Shown in pieces: positions 47,669 to 56,598 of a stretch of DNA of 64,000 nucleotides; within the stretch, counting starts at the first letter, position 1; every line of letters starts with the position of its first letter. The translations under genes and the position numbers were made by a program. Source of the DNA: a virus. The notes under the pieces are model-generated. The model had not been told where the DNA came from, did no database searches, and saw only the letters and a program-made list of their open reading frames with translations. The stretch lies in the IMG/VR virus record IMGVR_UViG_3300044846_005309, positions 1-64,000 of that record. One strand, written 5' to 3'.

Positions 47669-47811
47669 CTCTTAGGGGGAGAAAGGAGAGGCTTGTTTAC
47701 ATGGTAATGTAAACGTTTGTATTGTATAAGGTTCTTTTTGTAGGTAACTTTTTTAAGGCTCACTTCGTTCGCCTTATATACCATATATAATATATATCTC
47801 AAGTGGATTTT

Positions 47812-48258
47812 TTAATTAAATGGCTGGATTTTATACTTGTCGTGGAATGCAGCCGCCTTTTGTCTGGTGTATTTGCTATAATCAAAATTAAATCTAGTTG
47901 TCTTAACCCCTTCTATGATTTCTTTTGACTCTCCTTTATCGGAGTCAATCCAAACAAAATCTATATTGCCGTAATGTACTATAAACGGGAAATGTTTAGT
48001 AATAATGCTTAGATATGGATTCTCTTTAGCATTGTTGACATAAAAAACAATATTTCTATTATTACCGTTTTCCTTTAAAACATTAAACATGTATTTTGTA
48101 TAATGATAAAGACGTAGCCGGTCTTTTTCTTTATCTTTTAATGTTTCTTCCAATATACCCCAGTCGTTTAATTGCTGGTAGTAATCTTTACTAGCGTTTT
48201 CTTCTATCCAAGTAAAATCAATTATTAGAAGATTCAGAGCTGTTCTGTAAAAACGCAT
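47812..48258 (-). CDS. Hypothetical protein
   Basis: ORF 47812-48294; the ATG at 48258 is the more likely start. Confidence 0.6.
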   Translation of the reverse strand: MRFYRTALNLLIIDFTWIEENASKDYYQQLNDWGILEETLKDKEKDRLRLYHYTKYMFNVLKENGNNRNIVFYVNNAKENPYLSIITKHFPFIVHYGNIDFVWIDSDKGESKEIIEGVKTTRFNFDYSKYTRQKAAAFHDKYKIQPFN

Positions 48259-48796
48259 CACAGTACAGTTTATAGTTATCTTGATTAAGAGCAACTATAG
48301 CTTCTTTGTTCTTTTCAAAAAAGCCTTCCATCTTAACTATAATATAACAACCCATAGCTGCACTATCCTTTTTAGTGACCCAATAATTTAAATAGCTACC
48401 TTCAACTATTAATTTATCTTTAATACTAGAAGGAAATACTACAAAACCACCTTTACGGTTAATTTTAAATAAAACAAAAGGAATTTTACCAACTACAGAT
48501 GCTTGCTCAATCCATCCATCGAGTTGTTGGTTGTTAATAAGTAAACTTTCAAAATTAAAATCTTTATAAAATTTACCTTCAAGAGTTATATGAGATAAAA
48601 ATCGGGGCAGGATAATGTCTCCTGAAGCTAGTAACAGCTGCTCAGGGGTTAGATTTGCAATGCGGTTAGCATTAAACCCACCTACAAACGCGCCACTATT
48701 GGGTACTCTTTGAAAATTTACCTTGTATATTGCAGTAAGATGTTTTGCAATTTCTCGCTCCCAGCTCTTACCTTTATTCTTACTTGCATTAGCCAT
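48218..48796 (-). CDS. Holliday junction resolvase (Hjc-like PD-(D/E)xK nuclease)
   Basis: 'SKNKGKSWERE.AK.L...FQRVPNSGA...GDI...LEGK'. Confidence 0.8.
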   Translation of the reverse strand: MANASKNKGKSWEREIAKHLTAIYKVNFQRVPNSGAFVGGFNANRIANLTPEQLLLASGDIILPRFLSHITLEGKFYKDFNFESLLINNQQLDGWIEQASVVGKIPFVLFKINRKGGFVVFPSSIKDKLIVEGSYLNYWVTKKDSAAMGCYIIVKMEGFFEKNKEAIVALNQDNYKLYCDAFLQNSSESSNN

Positions 48797-48809
48797 TTCT
48801 GACTACTTA

Positions 48810-49070
48810 TTACATCCCGGGAAAACTTCTACGTATCATCTTACCCTTTTTAAATCCCGGGGGTTTAAATTTAGACTTTTTACCTTTTTTAGCTTTCCCG
48901 CCAAATATATTACGAGCATCTTCTGGGGCATAAAAACCGCCACTCTTACCTATTTGAGTTGGATGAGCTTGACCGGAGCCAAAGGCTGTAGTCGTTGTAT
49001 TACCTGCGGCACCTGCATCAGCTCCAACATCTTCTAAAATTTGTTCCATTCTTTTATTGAATTTTTTCAT
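48810..49070 (-). CDS. Small basic late protein, possible head-internal protein
   Basis: 'MKKFNKRMEQILE'; Lys-rich C-terminus; TAAGTA upstream. Confidence 0.7.
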   Translation of the reverse strand: MKKFNKRMEQILEDVGADAGAAGNTTTTAFGSGQAHPTQIGKSGGFYAPEDARNIFGGKAKKGKKSKFKPPGFKKGKMIRRSFPGM

Positions 49071-49106
49071 GTTGATTATTGTATAATATACTTTATACTT
49101 AGTAAT

Positions 49107-49508
49107 ATGGAATCATTGGTTTTAGATAATCTTTTTGATATATATCAGAAAGAAATAGCTGAGGACATTAAAGTCGATGAGTTGTCTTTGAAAGACAAAG
49201 CAATGCTAGTCCCTACCATAAAACATAAGTGGGTAGGTCGGTTAATGAACCACAAAATGCAGCTTAAAAAACTTAATGATACAAAAAAGAAAGCTGTAAA
49301 AAACATGATCAGTAAATCGCCTATACCGCTTTCAAAGACCACATTAGAACAAGCTGCATCAAATGACGAAAACATAATTAAAATACAGGAAAGTATCGAT
49401 AAACTCGAAACTATTATAGAGTATTTAGAAAAAGTTGAAAAACTCACAAGTTCTTTAACTTGGGATTGTAAAAATCTTATAGATCTTCAAAAACTTGAGA
49501 CAACGTAA
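49107..49508 (+). CDS. uvsY: Recombination mediator (UvsY-like)
   Basis: 'DIKVDE..L......P..KHKW', 'IEYLE...KN.ID..K'; directly upstream of uvsW. Confidence 0.75.
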   Translation: MESLVLDNLFDIYQKEIAEDIKVDELSLKDKAMLVPTIKHKWVGRLMNHKMQLKKLNDTKKKAVKNMISKSPIPLSKTTLEQAASNDENIIKIQESIDKLETIIEYLEKVEKLTSSLTWDCKNLIDLQKLETT

Positions 49509-50971
49509 TGAGAGTAGAGTTTAATTACGATCCTAAGAGAAAAGAAGTTAAAATTGTTTCTGATTTTTTCAGTAACATTAAAGAACGTTTTTCGGTTCGT
49601 AATAAAGCCGCTCATTTCAATAAATTTGGCAGATTCATGCCGCAAAGAATATATGCAATTACCCCAGCCGGGTATTGCGGGGTCGGGTTGGTACCAGAAA
49701 TAATAAAGTACCTAAAAACACTAGATATACCCTTTGACATAGTGTTTAATGGAGATCTTATAAAATTATATAACGATGTACATATAGTTGTACCTGGCCC
49801 GATTATAAAAAAATTAAACTGTAATTTTGAGCTACGAGATTATCAAACTGAAGCCATAGGTCGCGCGTTAGAACGCGGATACGGTATTATCGAGGTTGCT
49901 ACCGGGGGTGGTAAAACATTTATTATTTCAAATTTAGTATATGGTGCTTTACAATATATAGATTACACTCAAAAAGTATTGATAGTTGTGCCAGATATAG
50001 GGTTAGTAGAGCAAACTTATAAAGACTTTACTTCATATAACTTTCCTATGAAGTTAGTTACTAAATGGACAGGTAGTAATGAACTAGATCCTAATTGTAG
50101 AGTTATTATTGCTAATATGGGCATACTTCAATCAGAAAAATCTGATTTATCTTGGTTTGCAGAGGTAGGTTTTTTAATTGTTGATGAATGCCATAAACTC
50201 CGCCGCGGCAATAAAATATGTAAACTTCTCGACAAGATACCTACATTAAGACGTATAGGGTTTACAGGTACTCTACCGGAAGACGATATAGATAAATGGA
50301 ATATATTCAATTATATAGGGCCAGTCATTTACAAAAAGACCACAACTGAATTAAGAGAAATAGCTGGGGATAAGTATATTGCAAACGCTCAAGCTCTTTC
50401 TATAATCTTACAGTACGATAGAGTACCTGATTACACGTCAGTTTCGTCAATGCAAAAGTACCGTCTTGAGTTAGATTTTATACATAGTAATGAGTATAGA
50501 AATAAAATTATAAAGAATGTTGTTGAGAAACTAAAAAATAACTGTCTAATTCTGGTTGATCATATTGATCACGGCCAGACTTTGTACAACAATCTAGTTA
50601 CTATTGAAAACAAACAAGTATACTTTATACAAGGTAGTGTAGAATTAGAAGATAGAGTAAAGATACAGCAAATGATGGAAGCACATGACAATGTAGTTTG
50701 TGTCGCGATAAGCAAAATTTTCTCTACCGGTATTTCAATTAAAAATATACACTATATCATGTTTGCAGCTGGTGGTAAGTCAAAGATTAAGACTCTTCAA
50801 TCAATAGGCCGCGGACTCCGCACTCACGAAAACAAATCAATATTAACTTTAATAGATATAGTTGACGATTTAGTTTACGGAAAAGCTCATTATAATAAAC
50901 GTAAAGAATTTTATGCCCTTGAAAAAATCAAAATTACCGAAAAAAACGTTACCGAAGGCAGCCCCGGCTGA
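49508..50971 (+). CDS. uvsW: SF2 DNA helicase (UvsW-like)
   Basis: 'LRDYQ', 'ATGGGKT', 'DECH', 'GFTGT', 'LQSIGRGLR'. Confidence 0.93.
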   Translation: MRVEFNYDPKRKEVKIVSDFFSNIKERFSVRNKAAHFNKFGRFMPQRIYAITPAGYCGVGLVPEIIKYLKTLDIPFDIVFNGDLIKLYNDVHIVVPGPIIKKLNCNFELRDYQTEAIGRALERGYGIIEVATGGGKTFIISNLVYGALQYIDYTQKVLIVVPDIGLVEQTYKDFTSYNFPMKLVTKWTGSNELDPNCRVIIANMGILQSEKSDLSWFAEVGFLIVDECHKLRRGNKICKLLDKIPTLRRIGFTGTLPEDDIDKWNIFNYIGPVIYKKTTTELREIAGDKYIANAQALSIILQYDRVPDYTSVSSMQKYRLELDFIHSNEYRNKIIKNVVEKLKNNCLILVDHIDHGQTLYNNLVTIENKQVYFIQGSVELEDRVKIQQMMEAHDNVVCVAISKIFSTGISIKNIHYIMFAAGGKSKIKTLQSIGRGLRTHENKSILTLIDIVDDLVYGKAHYNKRKEFYALEKIKITEKNVTEGSPG

Positions 50972-51431
50972 AAAAGTAGCGCCACCTAAAAAAGAAAAGA
51001 AGTTAAGCGCATCTGCGCAAGCTAAAAAAATTTATTATGTAAGCCCTAAAGAGTTTACAGATGAACTTAAAATGTACTATGAGAGTAATGTTATTACCGA
51101 TAAGCTTGCTTTGATGATAAAAAATATTGCTTATGGTTTAGCACATGCCCCTAATTTTATTAATTATACATTCAAAGAAGAAGCAATAGGGGATTCTTTA
51201 ATAAACATGTTTAATGCCATTAAAGAGAAAAAATACAAATTTGACCGTGGCTTTAACCCGTTTTCATACTTTAATTCTATAGCGTTTAACTGCTGGAGAT
51301 CTCGTATTAAGAAAGAAAAAAGAATGCGAGATACGTTAGCAGCTTATCAAGAAGAAGTTTATAGCGTGATCGGCCCGCAAGTAGGAGTTGATGACCCTAT
51401 AAATCCAATACACAAAAATAATGACATTTAA
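50913..51431 (+). CDS. gp55: Late-transcription sigma factor (T4 gp55-like)
   Basis: 'YYV..KEF', 'IAYGLAH.PNFINYT', 'NPFSYFN.IAFN...RIKKEK'. Confidence 0.9.
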   Translation: MPLKKSKLPKKTLPKAAPAEKVAPPKKEKKLSASAQAKKIYYVSPKEFTDELKMYYESNVITDKLALMIKNIAYGLAHAPNFINYTFKEEAIGDSLINMFNAIKEKKYKFDRGFNPFSYFNSIAFNCWRSRIKKEKRMRDTLAAYQEEVYSVIGPQVGVDDPINPIHKNNDI

Positions 51432-52479
51432 AATTTATAACTCTGAAATTGGTATTTTTTCAGACCCACATTACGGAGTACATCGCAACAGTGAAACATG
51501 GCATAAGATTGCTTTAGATCACGCGAAGTGGGCTTGTGAACAATTCAAACAAAGAGGCATAAAAGATATAATAATACCCGGAGACATTTTTCATGATCGC
51601 AACGATATTGCTGTTAACACTCTTCACATTGCTACTGACATATTCGATATACTTCGCGACTTCAATATCATTATTACAGTCGGCAATCACGACGCTTATT
51701 ATCGTGATAATTCTACCGTTAACTCCGTCTCCGTACTTAGAGGCTGGTCTAACATTACTGTTATTGATACTCTTCAAGTTGTTAACCTCCAAGGAAAGAC
51801 GATAGCTTTTTGCCCGTGGGGTCAAGATATAAATGAAGTACCTAAGTGTGACTTAATTGTAGGACATTTTGAAATTAATAGTTTTAAAATGAATTCTTTT
51901 AAGGTCTGCACTAACGGTCTTAAATCCGCTGATCTTACCAGTAGAGCGCCGCTTACTATTTCAGGACATTTTCATCATAGAGAGGAAAGAAAATACAGCG
52001 AAGGTACTATTCTTTATGTAGGTTGCCCGTATCAGCAAGACTGGGGAGATTATAATACTACTAAAGGGCTTTATATTTTAGATTTAGATACTCTTTCGTA
52101 CGAGTTTATTGAAAACAATATTTCTCCGCGTTACAATAAGATTTATTACTCTGAAATCTTTAGCGGTAAACATACCGCTACAGTTATCAAACAGTTAATT
52201 GCAGGCAATATAGTAAAATTTATTATAGATAAGCAACTAGAACCAAGCTTGGTAGATGCTATTGTACGTAAGTTAGTCTCAGTAAAGCCTGTAGAGCTGA
52301 CAATAGATTATGACTATACTGAAATTAGTAAAATTAATAATGAACTTGCTAATACTAAGAATTTTAGCGTAAGTGTCGAAACTTCTATATCTGAATTTAT
52401 TGATTTTTTGGACATTAAAGATAAAGATAAAGTAAAGGCGTACGTTAATGACTTGTATTTACGCGCTAATAAAATATGA
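51421..52479 (+). CDS. gp47: Recombination endonuclease (gp47/Mre11-like)
   Basis: 'SDPHYG', 'GDIFHDR', 'GNHD', 'GHFE', 'SGHFH'. Confidence 0.93.
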   Translation: MTFKIYNSEIGIFSDPHYGVHRNSETWHKIALDHAKWACEQFKQRGIKDIIIPGDIFHDRNDIAVNTLHIATDIFDILRDFNIIITVGNHDAYYRDNSTVNSVSVLRGWSNITVIDTLQVVNLQGKTIAFCPWGQDINEVPKCDLIVGHFEINSFKMNSFKVCTNGLKSADLTSRAPLTISGHFHHREERKYSEGTILYVGCPYQQDWGDYNTTKGLYILDLDTLSYEFIENNISPRYNKIYYSEIFSGKHTATVIKQLIAGNIVKFIIDKQLEPSLVDAIVRKLVSVKPVELTIDYDYTEISKINNELANTKNFSVSVETSISEFIDFLDIKDKDKVKAYVNDLYLRANKI

Positions 52480-54056
52480 GAGATATGAAACAAACATTAA
52501 GTATATACGGGGCTCATGATTGTAGTGCGGTATATATAGATAAAAATGAAGATCTAAAAATATTAGAATATGAGCGTTTAGTTAAAAAGCGTTATGCTGC
52601 GTTTTCAGATAAATTAGACACAAGAGAAGGTATAGGCTCTAACTTAGAAGAACGAAAAAAATTTTTAAATTATATTAAAGAAACATGTTATCATATCACA
52701 AAAGTACTACATAATGAAATTTCAAATACTGATATAGAGTTAATTAAAGATTTTTTTCCAGATGCGACTTTTTTTAAAAAAGACCACCATTTTTCTCATG
52801 CAATCTGTGGTTATAGACTATCCGGTTTCAAAGAAGCAATAATACTATCTATTGACGGTGGCGGTATAGATAGTAATGAAACTGTTTACACTAGAGTCTA
52901 TCACGCTAAAGATAATGATATTAAAACTGTTGAGACTTATAATATTAATTTAGGGGTACCTTACAGTTTTATAGCTAGTCCAATCTCTGAAATCAAACCT
53001 GGGCCCGACGACAGGTATCATTCTCTTGTATATGCAGGTAAAGTAATGGGATTATGCGCATATGGTCAAATAAAAAATGAATGGATAGAGCCGCTTAAAA
53101 AATTCTATATAACTAATAATAGTTCAAAGCTGGGACGAGATATCAATCTTAATCTGTCTTATAATGCTCTGTCTGGGCAATCTGGTTATGATTTAGCTGC
53201 AACTTCTCAAAAAGTGTTTGAAGAATATGTGCATGCTTTGCTAACTTCTGTGCTTAATCGATTTAATCATGATATAATTTTAGTAGGTGGTTGTGCATTA
53301 AACGTACTTTCAAACCAAAAAATTTATTCATGGCTTAAAAATAATAAGCCAAATATTAAGCTTTATGTACCGCCCAACCCGAACGACTGCGGACTCGCTT
53401 TAGGTCAATTTTTAACTGATCACCCAGAAGCAGTAAAGAAAGCTAATACATATTGCGGTTGGGATATTTTAGATAAAGATAAGTTTACTAACTATATAGA
53501 AGAGCGTAAAGCAACACCAGTAACTATTACAGAGATAGTAAATTTAATTAAATCAGGTAAAATTATTGGTATTATTGATGGTTGTTCAGAGGTCGGACCG
53601 CGAGCGCTAGGCAATAGAAGTATTATTTGTGACCCTACTCTTTCTGATATGAAAGATGTGCTTAATTTAAAAGTAAAGTTTAGAGAATGGTATAGGCCTT
53701 TCGCGCCGGTATGTAGGCTTGAAGATAAAGATTTATACTTTGAAGAAGCACCAGAAGCAGTTTATATGAGCTATGCTCCGAAAGTAAAAGAAGAATACAG
53801 AAACGTACTAAAAGCAATAACCCATATAGATAACACTTCAAGACTACAAACAGTCACGGAAAAACAACACAAGTTATTTTACAATATATTAACTGAATTA
53901 AAAAACCGCAATCAAATAGCGGTAATATTAAATACTTCTTTTAATATTAGAGGAAAACCCATACTGACCACATTACAAGATGCTTTGTATGTATTAGACA
54001 ATACGCAACTTGATTATGTTACTTCAAATGGATTTTTATTTAAAAAACAATTATGA
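52476..54056 (+). CDS. O-carbamoyltransferase (NodU/CmcH family)
   Basis: 'HDCS', 'HHFSHA', 'IDGGG', 'GKVMGL.AYG', 'GGCALN', 'EVGPRALGNRS', 'KFREWYRPFAP', 'LNTSFN..GKPI'. Confidence 0.93.
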   Translation: MRDMKQTLSIYGAHDCSAVYIDKNEDLKILEYERLVKKRYAAFSDKLDTREGIGSNLEERKKFLNYIKETCYHITKVLHNEISNTDIELIKDFFPDATFFKKDHHFSHAICGYRLSGFKEAIILSIDGGGIDSNETVYTRVYHAKDNDIKTVETYNINLGVPYSFIASPISEIKPGPDDRYHSLVYAGKVMGLCAYGQIKNEWIEPLKKFYITNNSSKLGRDINLNLSYNALSGQSGYDLAATSQKVFEEYVHALLTSVLNRFNHDIILVGGCALNVLSNQKIYSWLKNNKPNIKLYVPPNPNDCGLALGQFLTDHPEAVKKANTYCGWDILDKDKFTNYIEERKATPVTITEIVNLIKSGKIIGIIDGCSEVGPRALGNRSIICDPTLSDMKDVLNLKVKFREWYRPFAPVCRLEDKDLYFEEAPEAVYMSYAPKVKEEYRNVLKAITHIDNTSRLQTVTEKQHKLFYNILTELKNRNQIAVILNTSFNIRGKPILTTLQDALYVLDNTQLDYVTSNGFLFKKQL

Positions 54057-54850
54057 AAATTGGAGCTGCAATTATAGCCTGTGATAGAGTAGACTTTACA
54101 GAGCAATGTATAGACAGTATACTTGCTAATAAACAAGATTTAAATGAACTACTAGTTATTAATGACGGCTTACCGTGGTATTGCAATAAAAATATAGAAA
54201 TTAAACAAAATTTACCTTCTTATCAAACCGTAGGTGTTGCTAAAAATAACGGTATAAAAGAATTAATAAATAGAGGTTGTGATCATATATTTCTTATAGA
54301 AAATGATATGATTATTAAATCTTCTTCTATTTTTAAAAAATATATAGAAACTGCTAAAGCTACAGGTATAACTCATTTAAACTTTGGCTATCATGGGCCG
54401 GCTAATAGAACTAGAGACTACTCTAAGCCTAATCCACGCTATATAGTAGAGTATCCAAAAAATATAAAAGTCGCTTTAAATACACATTCGGTAGGAGCTT
54501 TTTCATATTTTGATAAACGCTTTATCGAGGAAGTGGGTATACACGATACATATTTCAAAAATGCCTGGGAGCATGTTGAGCTTTGTCAGCGCGGTATTAA
54601 GAAAGGTTTATTACCTGCTTTTTGGTGGTTTCCAGATGTAGAAGGTAGTAGCGACTTAATAGAGGAAATACCTCTTTCCATTCAAAAAAGTTCTATTACA
54701 CATACTGAGGAATGGACAGCAAATATGAAAAAAGGCGCTGAATATTATAAAAAACAACACGGTTGGATACCCATTCATACTCCAGACACTTCCCTTGATA
54801 CAGTATTAAACAATCTTAAAATTATTTATAAAAAATACAAAAGTGTGTAA
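54053..54850 (+). CDS. GT2-family glycosyltransferase
   Basis: 'VINDG', 'GVAKN', 'FLIEND', 'WEHVE'. Confidence 0.85.
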   Translation: MKIGAAIIACDRVDFTEQCIDSILANKQDLNELLVINDGLPWYCNKNIEIKQNLPSYQTVGVAKNNGIKELINRGCDHIFLIENDMIIKSSSIFKKYIETAKATGITHLNFGYHGPANRTRDYSKPNPRYIVEYPKNIKVALNTHSVGAFSYFDKRFIEEVGIHDTYFKNAWEHVELCQRGIKKGLLPAFWWFPDVEGSSDLIEEIPLSIQKSSITHTEEWTANMKKGAEYYKKQHGWIPIHTPDTSLDTVLNNLKIIYKKYKSV

Positions 54851-54854
54851 CAGT

Positions 54855-55658
54855 ATGATTAAAATACCTCTTAAAGATAAAACTTTCGGTCACTGTTTAT
54901 ATAGTAATAACCCGCAACCCCCCACTTCATTTTCAAAATTTATAGACTGGGAAAGAAATGTAATAAATGAAAAGACAGTTTATACAGATTTCTGTATAGA
55001 AGAGGCTCCCACTAATGCAGTGGTATGGCTTATAGAACCAAGAGATTTAATACCTCATATATATTCATACGTAGAAAAAAACGCTTTTAAATTTAAAAAA
55101 ATCTGGACCCATAACACAGACATTTTACAAAAATACCCTCACGCAGTTTTTTTGCCTCTCGGGGGGTGCTGGATAAAAAATGAAGACCAAAAAATTTATA
55201 ATAAAACTAAATCTTTTTCTATTATTGCTTCTGGTAAAAGACAGCTTTCAGGTCATAAATTAAGGCATGAAATTATTTTAGCGAGTGATAATAAAATAGA
55301 TGTGTATGGTAATGGTTATAATCCTATACCATACAAATTAGAAGGTTTAAGAGATTACCGTTATCATTTTGCTATAGAAAACTGCAAGAAAGATTTTTGG
55401 TTTACTGAAAAACTTATTGACTGTTTAAACACAGGCACTATACCTATTTACTGGGGCTGTCCTTCAATTCATAAATATTTCAATACAGAAGGTTTTATTA
55501 TTTTTGACACACTGCCTGAATTAAAAGAAAAACTTAAATTATGTACTCCAGAATACTACGAAAGTAGATTACCTTTTATAAAAGAAAATTTCGAACGAGC
55601 ACAGAATTTTATTTTAGCAGAAGATTGGATATATAAAAATAAACTTTATTTAATTTAA
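54855..55658 (+). CDS. GT10-like (alpha-1,3-fucosyltransferase-type) glycosyltransferase
   Basis: 'YRYHFAIEN....WFTEKLIDC...GTIPIYWG' GT10 motif. Confidence 0.85.
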   Translation: MIKIPLKDKTFGHCLYSNNPQPPTSFSKFIDWERNVINEKTVYTDFCIEEAPTNAVVWLIEPRDLIPHIYSYVEKNAFKFKKIWTHNTDILQKYPHAVFLPLGGCWIKNEDQKIYNKTKSFSIIASGKRQLSGHKLRHEIILASDNKIDVYGNGYNPIPYKLEGLRDYRYHFAIENCKKDFWFTEKLIDCLNTGTIPIYWGCPSIHKYFNTEGFIIFDTLPELKEKLKLCTPEYYESRLPFIKENFERAQNFILAEDWIYKNKLYLI

Positions 55659-55671
55659 AATTAAATATAAC

Positions 55672-56598
55672 ATGCAAACTAAAATTTTAGTTACTGGTGG
55701 TACAGGCATGGTAGGTCGCCATTTAAGAGATTTAGGTCTTTCTGCAATTTATGTAGGCTCTAAACAAGCAGACTTAACAAAATATAATGAAGTAGATGAA
55801 TTATTTAATTTTATCAGGCCCACTACTGTAGTGCATTTAGCTGCAAAAGTGGGTGGTATATTAGATAATATTAAAAACCCTATAAGTTTTTACGAAAACA
55901 ATATAGATATTAATACAAATGTAGTTAAATGCGCCTACAAGTATGGGTGTACACGTTTTGTCGGGGTGCTCAGTACTTGTATATACCCCGATAACTTAAA
56001 TCCAGACTGCTACCCTTTAACAGAAGATAAAATACATGACGGACCTCCAACTATAACTAATTTTTCATATGGTTACGCTAAACGTTGTTTAGATGTACAT
56101 CTTAAGTGTTATCAAAAACAACATAATTTGCAGTATAATAGTTTAATACCATGTAATCTTTATTCAGAGTACGATCATTTTGAAGGGGATAAAGCTCATT
56201 TCGTGACTAGTCTTGTACGTAAAATAGCCTTAGCGAAAATCAATAAAAAAGATAGTATAGAACTGTACGGTACGGGTAAGCCTTTAAGACAATTCATGCA
56301 TGCTGAAGATTTTGCAAGAGCAATTATACAGTATACAAAAGGGGAATATTATGCGGATTTAAACATAGCAACACCTGAAGTTTATACTATTAAACAAATA
56401 GCTGAAATAGCTCTTGAAGCATGTGATGCAACTTCTTTAAAAATTAACTGGGATAGGTCTAAGCCTGACGGGCAACACAGAAAAGATGTCACTGATAATA
56501 AGTTTAAACAATTTTTTCCACACTTTAAATATACTACTTTAAAGGATGGTATAAAGAGAACTTTTGATAATTATTATCATGGTATGGTTATTAAATGA
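55672..56598 (+). CDS. GDP-4-keto-6-deoxy-sugar epimerase/reductase (Fcl/ColC-like)
   Basis: 'VTGGTGMVG', 'HLAAKVGGI', 'STCIYP', 'YGYAKR', 'GTGKPLRQF', 'KPDG'. Confidence 0.9.
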   Translation: MQTKILVTGGTGMVGRHLRDLGLSAIYVGSKQADLTKYNEVDELFNFIRPTTVVHLAAKVGGILDNIKNPISFYENNIDINTNVVKCAYKYGCTRFVGVLSTCIYPDNLNPDCYPLTEDKIHDGPPTITNFSYGYAKRCLDVHLKCYQKQHNLQYNSLIPCNLYSEYDHFEGDKAHFVTSLVRKIALAKINKKDSIELYGTGKPLRQFMHAEDFARAIIQYTKGEYYADLNIATPEVYTIKQIAEIALEACDATSLKINWDRSKPDGQHRKDVTDNKFKQFFPHFKYTTLKDGIKRTFDNYYHGMVIK

